From an uncultured Planctomycetales bacterium (GTDB lineage: Bacteria > Planctomycetota > Phycisphaerae > UBA1845 > Fen-1342), in contig CAYMXT010000002.1 of the NCBI GenBank assembly GCA_964394415.1, forward strand, positions 1 to 60,360: DNA of 60,360 nucleotides. Direction: 5' to 3'. Both the position numbers and the translations under genes were made by a program. The notes beneath the pieces are model-generated. The model was not told the origin of the DNA, did not search any database, and was given only the letters and a program-made list of their open reading frames with translations. Numbering within the stretch: position 1 is the first letter of the stretch; the number at the start of each line of letters is the position of its first letter. Below, piece by piece: positions 1-8,999 of this stretch.

Positions 1-60
1 GTCAATCGCTTCTTCCGCAGATTCTGAGCCTTGACACGGCGTACTGCATGGGAGAGTGCC

Positions 61-2166
61 ATGAGAATGCAACGATTCCTCGACCGTGGCCGAAGGCTGC
101 TGCATCTGGGGTTTGCGCTGGGCGCGGTGCTGGCGTTCGCCGCGCCGGACGCGGACGCACAGCAGGAGAGCCGACGACGTCGGCGCGCGGCGGAGGAAGC
201 CAAGCCCATTGAGCTGACGGCCGAGCAGGTCGCGCAGCTCACAAAGATCGCGAACGAGCGCAAGCTCAACGTGGACGACCTGGTCGCCGCCGCCAAGACC
301 TTCATGCCCAGCGGCCGCCACGACGACTACGTCCTGTTCTCCTCCGGCGGACAAAGCGGACAGATCTTCGCCATCGGCGTGCCGAGCATGCGCCTGCTGC
401 GCTCCATCGCCGTCTTCACGCCCGAGTCGTGGCAGGGCTACGGCTATACGGGCGAAGGCGATCCCGTGATCGAGTCGCTGAAGATCAACGGCAAGCTCGT
501 CGCCTGGGGCGATACGCACCATCCCGCGCTCTCCGAGACGAACGGCGACTACGACGGTCAGTTCCTCTTCATCGGCGACAAGGCGAACGCCCGCATCGGC
601 GTGATTGACCTGCGCGACTGGGAAACCAAGCAAATCGTCAAGAACCCGCTGACGGTCAGCGACCATGGCGCCGCGTTCGTGACGCCGAACACCGACTACA
701 TCATTGAAGGCGGCCAGTACGCCACCGTGCTGGGATACGGCTATGCACCGCCGGCCGATTACCAGAAGTCGTATCGCGGCATGGTCACGATGTGGAAATT
801 CGACCGCGCCAAGGGCCGCATCGACGTCGAGAACTCGTTCGCGCTGGAGCTGCCGCCGTATTTTCAGGACCTGGCGGACGCCGGAAAGGTGGCCAGCGAC
901 GGGTTCTTCTTCGTCAACTCCTTCAACGCCGAGATGGCGACCGGCAGCGTCAACCCGGGCGATCCGCCGTTCGAGGCCGGCGCCAGCAAGCGCGACATGG
1001 ACTATCTGCACATCATCGACTGGAAGAAGGCCGAGGCGGCCTTCAAGGCGGGCAAGGCGACGAAGATCAATGACTTCGCCGTGCTGGCGCTGGATGTCAG
1101 CGTGGCCGAGGGTATCCTGCACCTGGCGCCGGAGCCGAAGAGCCCGCACGGAGTCGACGTGACGCCGAATGGTCAGTACATGGTCGTGGCGGGCAAGCTC
1201 GATCCGCACGTGACGGTGTACTCGATCGACAAGATCAAGGCCGCGATCGCCGAGAAGAAGCACTCGACCAAGGACGAGTTCGGCATCCCGGTCCTCGACT
1301 TCGACGCGGTGATGGAAGCCCAGGTCGAGCTGGGTCTGGGGCCGCTGCACACGCAGTTCGACAACAAGGGCTACGCCTACACCTCGCTGTTCCTCGACTC
1401 CGCGGTCGCGCGCTGGAGTCTCGGCGGCGAGTATGACAAGCTCAACGACGACCAGCCTTGGAAGCTCGTCCAGAAGACACCGGTTCAATACAACATCGGG
1501 CACCTGTGCGCGGCCGAGGGCGACACGGTCAGCCCGGACGGCAACTACCTCATCTCGATGTCGAAGTGGTCGGTGGATCGATTCCTTGTCACGGGTCCGC
1601 TGCTTCCGCAGAATTTCCAGCTCCTGGACATTCTTCAGCCGGGGACCAACATGCCGGTCATCTACGACAGCCCGATCGGCGTCGGCGAGCCGCATTACTG
1701 CCAGATGATCAAGGCCGACAAGCTCCAGAGCTGGAGCGTCTACCCGCAAGTCGGCTGGAACCCGCACACGCAGCAGCTCGACCCGGCGGCGCCCAAGACA
1801 GGCGAGGAAGGCATCAAGCGCGACGGCACCAACGTGCTGGTGAACATGACCGCCCTTCGCAGCCACTACGTGCCCGAGCACGTCGAAGTCAACGAGGGCG
1901 ACACCGTCACCTGGCGCATTACGGCGACGGAGACCGCGCAGGACGCCACGCACGGATTCTGCATCGGCGGATACAATATCAACCTGTCGCTCGAGCCGGG
2001 CGAATTCGCGCAGTGCAAATTCACGGCCGACAAGCCGGGCACTTATCCGTTCTACTGCACGGAGTTCTGCTCGGCGCTGCATCTGGAGATGATGGGATAT
2101 CTGCATGTGAAGCCGAAGGCCGCGGCGGCCGCCGGCGACGCGTCGCCGCCGACGGCGTCGAATTGA
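61..2166 (+). CDS. nosZ: nitrous-oxide reductase NosZ (probably Sec/clade II-type)
   Basis: ORF 31..2166. ATG at 61 follows GGGAGAG. Hydrophobic signal peptide ends ADAQQ. C-terminal CuA site HGFCIGG...FYCTEFCSALHLEMMGY. Followed directly by nosB/D/F/Y/L-like genes. Confidence 0.9.
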   Translation: MRMQRFLDRGRRLLHLGFALGAVLAFAAPDADAQQESRRRRRAAEEAKPIELTAEQVAQLTKIANERKLNVDDLVAAAKTFMPSGRHDDYVLFSSGGQSGQIFAIGVPSMRLLRSIAVFTPESWQGYGYTGEGDPVIESLKINGKLVAWGDTHHPALSETNGDYDGQFLFIGDKANARIGVIDLRDWETKQIVKNPLTVSDHGAAFVTPNTDYIIEGGQYATVLGYGYAPPADYQKSYRGMVTMWKFDRAKGRIDVENSFALELPPYFQDLADAGKVASDGFFFVNSFNAEMATGSVNPGDPPFEAGASKRDMDYLHIIDWKKAEAAFKAGKATKINDFAVLALDVSVAEGILHLAPEPKSPHGVDVTPNGQYMVVAGKLDPHVTVYSIDKIKAAIAEKKHSTKDEFGIPVLDFDAVMEAQVELGLGPLHTQFDNKGYAYTSLFLDSAVARWSLGGEYDKLNDDQPWKLVQKTPVQYNIGHLCAAEGDTVSPDGNYLISMSKWSVDRFLVTGPLLPQNFQLLDILQPGTNMPVIYDSPIGVGEPHYCQMIKADKLQSWSVYPQVGWNPHTQQLDPAAPKTGEEGIKRDGTNVLVNMTALRSHYVPEHVEVNEGDTVTWRITATETAQDATHGFCIGGYNINLSLEPGEFAQCKFTADKPGTYPFYCTEFCSALHLEMMGYLHVKPKAAAAAGDASPPTASN

Positions 2167-2352
2167 GGTTTCGTGTGAGCCCGTCGCGGGCGGCGCCGCG
2201 ACGGGCGTCTCTCCTGGTAGCGGTCGCACCCGCGGCGCGGCACTCCGGCCGCGGGTGGGCCGATCCCGCAGGATGGAGGTTCGATACAGAACCTCGAACC
2301 CGCGGGAGCAGGGCTACGAACAACGCCAAGACCCACTGCATTGGGAGACGTC

Positions 2353-3027
2353 ATGTCCGGCTTCCTGAGCGCGATCGTCGGCCCGCGAGTGCCTAACGAA
2401 GAGCTGCGCGCCCACCGCGTCCGTTATCTCACGCCGACGCTGATCTTCATGGTGGCGCGGGTCGTGTTGCTGGTCTCGATCTTCTTTCCGTACTGGCATA
2501 TGGAACTGCTCGCCCCGCAGTACCCGGACGGCCTCTTCCTGTCCGCGTACGTCAACAACCTGACCGGCGATGTGCGTGAGATCGACGGACTCAACCACTA
2601 CATCGGCATGCGGCCGCTCGGCGAGGCGGCGGCCTTCGAGCGGACCGCCTCGGTGTGGATGATCATCGCCATGTTCCTGCTGGTCGAAAGCGCTGCGTTC
2701 ATCCACAGCAAGTGGGCTGTGCTGCTCGCGCTTCCGGCGATCAGCTTTCCGATCGGCTTCATCGTCGACCTCCACTTCTGGATGAAGACCTTCGGCCTGA
2801 ACCTCGACCCGAGCGCGCCGCTCTCGTCTTCGGTGAAGCCCTTTGTGCCGACCGTCATCGGCGAAGGCGGCATCGGGCAGTTCAAGACGTTCGCCGAATT
2901 CGGCGTCGGCTACTGGCTCGCCATCGCGTGCGCCGCCCTCGTCATCATCGGGTTCTACTTTCACCGCCGAGCGTATCGACCGTTGCACGTAAAGGCCAAG
3001 CAGGCCGCACTCGGAGCCCAGGCGTAA
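2353..3027 (+). CDS. nosB: NosB-like integral membrane protein (nos cluster accessory)
   Basis: ATG 2353 lies after GGGAGA. Several hydrophobic helices (LIFMVARVVLLVSIFF, VWMIIAMFLLV, WAVLLALPAISFPIGFIV, YWLAIACAALVIIGFYF). Sits immediately after nosZ, as in clade II-type nos clusters. Confidence 0.55.
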   Translation: MSGFLSAIVGPRVPNEELRAHRVRYLTPTLIFMVARVVLLVSIFFPYWHMELLAPQYPDGLFLSAYVNNLTGDVREIDGLNHYIGMRPLGEAAAFERTASVWMIIAMFLLVESAAFIHSKWAVLLALPAISFPIGFIVDLHFWMKTFGLNLDPSAPLSSSVKPFVPTVIGEGGIGQFKTFAEFGVGYWLAIACAALVIIGFYFHRRAYRPLHVKAKQAALGAQA

Positions 3028-4460
3028 TGACGGCGCTGTCGCGGATCGGGGTGAGGCTCATCGCAGCCGCGCTCGCGGCCGCGACGTGCAACGCGCAGCG
3101 CGACGGCGAGCTCGCCACTCCGCCGGCGCCTGCCGGCGGCCGACCCGCACTCGGCGAGATCGGCCGGCGCGTCGCCGCCGCGGATTCCGGGACGGCTGTG
3201 ATGATCGACGCCGGCGTCTACCACGAGCGCCTGCGGATCGACAAACCGATTCGTCTGATCGCGCGCGGCGCCGCGGTCCTCGACGGCGGCGGCAGCGGCG
3301 ACATCGTCGAGATCGCCGCGCCGGACGTGACCCTGCACGGCTTCACCCTCCGCAACACCGGCATCGACCTGGATCAGGAAAACTGCGCCGTTCGAGTGCT
3401 TGCGCCGCGGGCGAACATCCTCAACAACACCCTCGACGACATCCTGTTCGGCATCGACCTGCGCGACGCGCCGGACAGCCGCATTGTCGGCAATCGCATC
3501 GGCGGCAAGAAGCTGGAGATCGCGCGCCGCGGCGACGGCCTGCGGCTCTGGCGCTCCGATCGAACGCTGATCGAGGGGAACACGATTCACGACGGGCGCG
3601 ATGCGATTCTGTGGTATTCGTCCGGCGTGATCGTGCGCAACAACTCAGGTTTTGACTGTCGCTACGGACTGCACCTGATGTTCAGCGACAAGGTCACCGT
3701 CTTGGACAACGTGTTCACCCGCAACTCGGTCGGCATCTACCTGATGTACAGCACCGGCGTCGAACTCGCGGGGAACCGGCTGGTCAGGAATCGCGGTCCG
3801 AGCGGTTACGGCATCGGCCTCAAGGAGACCGACCAGTTCAGCGTACGCAGCAACTTGATTGTGGGGAACCGCTCCGGCGTCTACCTCGACGGCTCCCCGT
3901 TCACCCGGACCCGACCGGGCGAGTTCACCGACAACACGTTCGCCTATAACGATGTCGGTCTTACGTTTCTCCCCTCGGCCCGCGGAAATCTGCTTTTCGA
4001 GAATAACTTCATCGACAACATCGACAGCGTGGTCGTCGCAGGACGAGGCTCGCTCGACGCCAACCAGTTCTGGAACGGCGAGCGCGGCAACTTCTGGAGC
4101 GATTACACCGGCTATGACCAGAACGGCGACGGGGTCGGCGATTTCGTGCACGAGTCGTACACCCTCTTCGAGAACCTGCTCGAGCGCGAGCCAATGTTGC
4201 GGCTGTTTCTCTTCAGCCCGGCGCAGCAGGCGATCGAATTCGTCGGCCGGGCGGTCCCGGCCGTGCGGCCGGAGCCGAAGTTCACCGACGAAGTGCCGCT
4301 GATGCGCGCCCGGCCGCTGCCCGCTCAGCTTGTGACCGGTGCCCCCGATCGCGCGGGACTTCTGCTGAGCAGCCTGCTCATGCTGTCGATCGGCGGCGCG
4401 CTGATCTACTCGGCCACCGGCGGATTCGTGCCGCGTTGCGCCAAAGGAGGAGCGGCGTGA
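3027..4460 (+). CDS. nosD: NosD, periplasmic parallel beta-helix copper-assembly protein
   Basis: ATG 3027 overlaps the nosB stop (TAATG). Signal peptide present. Repeated beta-helix units (NNTLDDILFGIDL, GNTIHDGRDAILW, NVFTRNSVGIYLM, SNLIVGNRSGVYL, NTFAYNDVGLTF). C-terminal TM anchor. Confidence 0.85.
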   Translation: MTALSRIGVRLIAAALAAATCNAQRDGELATPPAPAGGRPALGEIGRRVAAADSGTAVMIDAGVYHERLRIDKPIRLIARGAAVLDGGGSGDIVEIAAPDVTLHGFTLRNTGIDLDQENCAVRVLAPRANILNNTLDDILFGIDLRDAPDSRIVGNRIGGKKLEIARRGDGLRLWRSDRTLIEGNTIHDGRDAILWYSSGVIVRNNSGFDCRYGLHLMFSDKVTVLDNVFTRNSVGIYLMYSTGVELAGNRLVRNRGPSGYGIGLKETDQFSVRSNLIVGNRSGVYLDGSPFTRTRPGEFTDNTFAYNDVGLTFLPSARGNLLFENNFIDNIDSVVVAGRGSLDANQFWNGERGNFWSDYTGYDQNGDGVGDFVHESYTLFENLLEREPMLRLFLFSPAQQAIEFVGRAVPAVRPEPKFTDEVPLMRARPLPAQLVTGAPDRAGLLLSSLLMLSIGGALIYSATGGFVPRCAKGGAA

Positions 4461-5362
4461 TCACGGTTGAAAGCGTCACGAAGCGATTCGGACGGGCGAC
4501 CGCGGTCGCCGACGTCTCGCTTGACCTCCAGCCGGGCGACAGCCTCGCGCTCTGGGGGTCGAACGGCGCCGGCAAGACGACGCTGCTCCGCTGCGTGCTG
4601 GGCTTGCTGCCGTTTCGCGGGACGATCCGCGTCGGCGGACGCGACGTCCGCAGGCAGGGAAAGGCCGCGCGTCAACTGATCGGCTACGTCCCCCAGGAGA
4701 TCGGCTTCTACGACGACCTCGGTGTCAGCGAAGCCGTCCACTTCTTCGCACGCCTGAAGGCCGTCGGACGAATCGACGTCGGCGCCACGCTCGAGCGCGT
4801 CGGTCTGGCCGGGCACTCGCGAAAGCTTGTTCGCGCGCTCTCCGGCGGGATGAAACAACGTCTGGCGCTGGCCATCGCGCTGCTTGCCGAGCCGCCGGTG
4901 CTGCTGCTGGATGAGGTGACCGCCAGCCTCGACGCCGTCGGACGCGAAGAATTCGTCGGACTGCTGGAGCGCCTTTCCGGATCGGGCCGAACGCTGCTTT
5001 TTGCATCGCACAGGCTCGAGGAGGTCGCCGCCCTCGCGCAGCGCGTTGCACTGCTCGAAAAAGGCAGGCTGACCGCGGTCTTGCACTGCGCCGACTTCCT
5101 CCGCCAGATGGGACACTGCGCCCAATTGCACATTCTTGTCACAGCGGAAGCTCGCCAAACGGCGATGCGAACGCTGGCGGCGGGGGGATTCGCGCCGCGA
5201 CTCAACGGCGTCGGGCTCATTGTTCCCGTGCTCCCCGCGCAAAAGGCCGAGCCGTTCCGGCTGCTCGCGGAGGCGCGGATTCCGGTGCAGGATTTCGAGC
5301 TGATGATGTCGCCGGCGGCGCGCATCGCGCCTGGCGGAACAACAGGACGGAGCTCGCCATGA
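4457..5362 (+). CDS. nosF: NosF, ABC transporter ATP-binding protein
   Basis: GTG 4457 overlaps the nosD stop (GTGA), with AAAGGAGG upstream. Walker A GSNGAGKTT, signature LSGGMKQRL, Walker B LLLDEV. Confidence 0.85.
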   Translation: MITVESVTKRFGRATAVADVSLDLQPGDSLALWGSNGAGKTTLLRCVLGLLPFRGTIRVGGRDVRRQGKAARQLIGYVPQEIGFYDDLGVSEAVHFFARLKAVGRIDVGATLERVGLAGHSRKLVRALSGGMKQRLALAIALLAEPPVLLLDEVTASLDAVGREEFVGLLERLSGSGRTLLFASHRLEEVAALAQRVALLEKGRLTAVLHCADFLRQMGHCAQLHILVTAEARQTAMRTLAAGGFAPRLNGVGLIVPVLPAQKAEPFRLLAEARIPVQDFELMMSPAARIAPGGTTGRSSP

Positions 5363-6237
5363 CCACCGTCAATGCGGCCGCCGAGCTTGCAGCGCATCGG
5401 CCGCCTGGAGCGATGACGAATATCGTCACCATCGCGCGGCGCGAATTCCGCGAAGCTGTTCGCAGTCGCTGGTTCTTGCTCTATACGCTTGCCTTCGCAA
5501 CGCTCGGATTGGCCGTGTCGTATGTGTCGGCGGCGGGGGCCGGCGGCGCCGGCCTGTCCGGCTACGGCCGCACCAGCGCCGGCCTGATCAACCTCGTCCT
5601 GCTCGTTGCGCCGCTGATGGCGCTGACATCGGGTGCGGCGTCGATCGCGTCAGACCGCGAGCGCGGCATGCTTCCCTATCTGCTCGCCCAGCCGCTGGCC
5701 CGCTTCGAGTTGCTGCTCGGGACCTACCTCGGCCTCGCAGGCGCGCTGCTGGCCTGCCTCACGCTGGGACTCGGCGCTTCGGCGCTCGTGCTGGCGATGA
5801 AAGGCCTGCGCACGGACCCTTCGAGCATGCTGTGGCTGTGCGCCCTGTCGTTCCTGCTGGCGTTGTCGATGCTCAGCGTTGGACTGCTGATCTCCACGCT
5901 TGCCCGCAAGGTGTCCGTGGCCGTGGGAACCTCCATCTTCGTCTGGCTGACCCTGGTCTTCGTCAGCGACCTGGCGCTCATGGCGGGCGCGGTCGCCCTG
6001 CGAATGAAAATCGAGACGCTTTTCGCGTTTTCGCTCGTGAATCCGCTTCAGGTATACAAGATGTGGTCGCTGCACGCGATCGAGGCGAGCCTCGACGTGC
6101 TCGGGCCCGCTGGCCTGTACGCCGCCGAGGAATACGGCGCCTCGTTGCATGCCCTCTTCGCCAGCTGTCTGGTGGTGTGGGTGCTTCTGCCGCTCCTCGC
6201 GGCGGGCGTCGCACTCTCCCGGAGGTCGCCGCTATGA
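5359..6237 (+). CDS. nosY: NosY, ABC-2 type permease
   Basis: ATGA overlap with nosF. Polytopic hydrophobic protein of about 290 aa in the canonical nosDFYL order. Confidence 0.8.
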   Translation: MTTVNAAAELAAHRPPGAMTNIVTIARREFREAVRSRWFLLYTLAFATLGLAVSYVSAAGAGGAGLSGYGRTSAGLINLVLLVAPLMALTSGAASIASDRERGMLPYLLAQPLARFELLLGTYLGLAGALLACLTLGLGASALVLAMKGLRTDPSSMLWLCALSFLLALSMLSVGLLISTLARKVSVAVGTSIFVWLTLVFVSDLALMAGAVALRMKIETLFAFSLVNPLQVYKMWSLHAIEASLDVLGPAGLYAAEEYGASLHALFASCLVVWVLLPLLAAGVALSRRSPL

Positions 6238-6716
6238 CACGCAGGCTGATTCTGGTATCCGTGGCCGTCGGTACGCTGGCGCTGGCTCTGACCGGATGCG
6301 GCCGTGAGTCGTCGAGCGGCCCGCCGACACTCAAACTCGGCCGCGACGAGTGTCGCGAATGCGGAATGATCGTCAGTGAGGACCGGTGCTCGGCCGCGTT
6401 GCTGATCGAGCGCCAGGGGCGGCGCGAGTACGCGCTGTTCGACGACCTGGGGTGCATGCTCGACCTGGAGCACGATGGTCTCGACGGCGCCGCCGTGGTC
6501 GCACGGTTCGTGCACGATCATACGACCCGAAGCTGGGTCGACGCCGCGCAAGCCACGTTTCTGTTTGCTGATCCGGACAAGCTGCGGACTCCGATGGGTT
6601 CGGGAATGATCGCCTTTGCCGTTCGGGGCGATGCCGAGAAAGCCCGCGCTGAAATGGGCGGCACGCTGCTCGATTACCAAGGTCTCGCGGCTGCGCGGGA
6701 AGAATGGCGCGACTAG
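6234..6716 (+). CDS. nosL: NosL, copper-chaperone lipoprotein
   Basis: ATGA overlap with nosY. Lipobox LALTGC. CRECGM motif typical of NosL. Internal start of ORF 5832..6716. Confidence 0.8.
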   Translation: MTRRLILVSVAVGTLALALTGCGRESSSGPPTLKLGRDECRECGMIVSEDRCSAALLIERQGRREYALFDDLGCMLDLEHDGLDGAAVVARFVHDHTTRSWVDAAQATFLFADPDKLRTPMGSGMIAFAVRGDAEKARAEMGGTLLDYQGLAAAREEWRD

Positions 6717-6917
6717 CGCCCGCAAGCCCCCCCGGCGGCTCACGCCGCCATCAGAAGCGTTGACGGAGATCGCCTCTCGCCTTGCCGACGGCTGGCTGCC
6801 ATGCCGGCGGCTTGGCGTCGGCATGCGTCCGCGCGAGCGAATCGTTGACGCAGGCCGGTCAACTGAGCGTTTGGCTGGCACTGTTTCGGCGGCGAGCTCA
6901 GAGTCGGACGCGCCGCG

Positions 6918-7409
6918 TCAATGCGGACGGGGCGCCGGGGGGCTTTCTCGCGTGCGTCGTTTCTTTCCGCGTTTCTCCGGCGCAGGCTGCGAACCGCGCT
7001 TGCCGTAGGCGACGCGAAATTCCTCGAACGTCGTCTCGTGAAGCAGGCGATCAAGTGCCTGCTGGAGTTCGACCAGCTTGTGGTGGAGCGGGCACGGCTT
7101 GCCGACGCCGCAAGTACCTCTCCCCAACGGGCACGCCGTGGTGCTGTCCTCTCGCTCGAAGAGTTTGAAGGCGTCGTACAGTTTGATGTCGCGTGGATGC
7201 CGGGCCAACACGGCGCCGCCGCCGGGTCCGCGCGCCCCGGTCACGAGACCGGCCTGCGAAAGCGTCGACAGGATCTTGGCGACAAACGGGCGCGGCAGGC
7301 CGCGTGCATCCGCAATATCGGCGGCCGAGAGTCGCGTCTTGCCGCCGTCGTAGACCTCAGCCAGCCGGCTCATCGCCGCAATCGCGCACTCGGTCTGTCG
7401 GCCGTACAT
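6918..7409 (-). CDS. Rrf2 family transcriptional regulator (NsrR/IscR-like, Cys-containing)
   Basis: N-terminal wHTH: MYGRQTECAIAAMSRLA...LSAADIADARGLPRPFVAKILSTLSQAGLVTGARGPGGG. Cys cluster CPLGRGTCGVGKPCPLH. Basic C-terminal tail. Confidence 0.85.
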   Translation of the reverse strand: MYGRQTECAIAAMSRLAEVYDGGKTRLSAADIADARGLPRPFVAKILSTLSQAGLVTGARGPGGGAVLARHPRDIKLYDAFKLFEREDSTTACPLGRGTCGVGKPCPLHHKLVELQQALDRLLHETTFEEFRVAYGKRGSQPAPEKRGKKRRTRESPPAPRPH

Positions 7410-7661
7410 ATGGCGAATCCGTTTGCGCGCGATAGCGGTGATCGCCGCCGCGCTTTGCCGCCCGGCGCTGCCAGGGCATCAGCCCGCTGCTCACTTGACC
7501 TGAAGTATATTGCGGATCCAGCCGGTCTTCCAGAGATTCCCATCTGAAATTCCGCGACATTCACGATTAAAAGGTCGTCAGTTCTTGATCTGGGCGGCCG
7601 GCCACGCTAGCGTACGCGCGGCGCTGACAGACTTGGGCGGCCTCGCCGCTGGAAACCGACT

Positions 7662-8930
7662 GTGATCCCGACCGACATTCCGGTCTCTGAACCCTCGGCG
7701 GCGGCCCGCGGCGCGGACCGCCCCGCGCAGCTAGCCCATCACTTTCAGACGCTGCCACAGCAATTCGACGCCAGCAAGCTCGGAATGTGGCTGTTCCTCG
7801 CGACCGAGGTGCTCCTGTTCGCCGGGCTGTTTTGCCTCTACGCCGTCTATCGCAGCAACCATCCGGAGCTCTTCGCCTACGGCCATCGCTACCTGGACAC
7901 GGGCTGGGGCGCGATCAACACGGTCGTGCTGATTCTCAGCAGCTTCACGATGGCGATGGCGGTGTGGTCGGCCCAGAACAACCAGCGGCGCGATCTGGTC
8001 ATGTTCCTCGCGCTCACGCTACTCTGCGGCGTCGATTTCCTGGGAATCAAGCTCATCGAGTACTCGCACAAGTTCCACGACAACCTCACGTGGGGTGCGG
8101 CGTTCTATCGCGACTCACAGCCCGTTCCAGGCGGCGCCCCGGAAACGACGGCACCATCGAGTTCCGCTCCGCCTTCGTTGGAAGTCAAGCCCGGAGATCC
8201 CGCCAAAGGACGCGACCTGTTCCGCAACACCTGTGCGGCTTGCCACGGCTTGCGCGGGGAGGGGATTCCCGGGCAGGGCAAAGACATGCGCGGCAGCGAG
8301 TTCATCGGCAAGCTCGACGACGCAGGCTTGCTCGCCTTCATACAGCGCGGGCGGATGCCCAACGACCCGTCCAACACCACCGGCCGAATGATGCCGCCGC
8401 GCGGCGGAAACTCAGTTCTGACCGACGAGAACCTCCTCGACATCATCGCGTATGTGCGGGAGATCCACCGCCAGGCTGCCGGCGCGCTCGCTGCGGGCGC
8501 ACCTTCCGGCCCGAGCGCATCCACGAAGACGTCGAACGCATCCGCTGCTCGGGCGCCGGCCGCTGAAACGGAGATCCTCATTGAGAAGTCGATACTCCCC
8601 CCTGCCGCGGTCGGCCCGACAGGGCTCAGGCCCGACTGGGATCAACCACCCAAGAAGCCGGCGCACACCGAGCCTCCGCCGAATCCCCGGCGCGATCCGC
8701 AACGTCCGCCGAATCTCCACATCTTCTTCGGGTTGTATTTCTGTATGACCGGACTACACGGCTTGCACGTCGTTGGCGGCCTTGTGGTCATTACATGGCT
8801 GTTGATTCGGTCCCTGCACGGGCATTTCAGCAGCGCGTACTTCACGCCCGTCGACTTAGGCGGGCTCTACTGGCACCTGGTGGACTTGATCTGGATCTTC
8901 CTGTTCCCGCTCTTGTACCTGATTCACTGA
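7662..8930 (+). CDS. heme-copper oxidase subunit III (CoxIII/NorE)-like membrane protein with an inserted monoheme cytochrome c domain
   Basis: CoxIII signatures at both ends: LGMWLFLATEVLLFAGLF and HIFFGLYFCMTGLHGLHVVGG...YWHLVDLIWIFLFPLLYL. A ~190-aa insert between TM3 and TM4 carries CAACH (8232-8246). Confidence 0.75.
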   Translation: MIPTDIPVSEPSAAARGADRPAQLAHHFQTLPQQFDASKLGMWLFLATEVLLFAGLFCLYAVYRSNHPELFAYGHRYLDTGWGAINTVVLILSSFTMAMAVWSAQNNQRRDLVMFLALTLLCGVDFLGIKLIEYSHKFHDNLTWGAAFYRDSQPVPGGAPETTAPSSSAPPSLEVKPGDPAKGRDLFRNTCAACHGLRGEGIPGQGKDMRGSEFIGKLDDAGLLAFIQRGRMPNDPSNTTGRMMPPRGGNSVLTDENLLDIIAYVREIHRQAAGALAAGAPSGPSASTKTSNASAARAPAAETEILIEKSILPPAAVGPTGLRPDWDQPPKKPAHTEPPPNPRRDPQRPPNLHIFFGLYFCMTGLHGLHVVGGLVVITWLLIRSLHGHFSSAYFTPVDLGGLYWHLVDLIWIFLFPLLYLIH

Positions 8931-8999
8931 GGCAGTGGCCATGTATTCAGCCACGAGGACTCCGTTACACCCACACCTCTGGCCACCGGAGACGATCGC

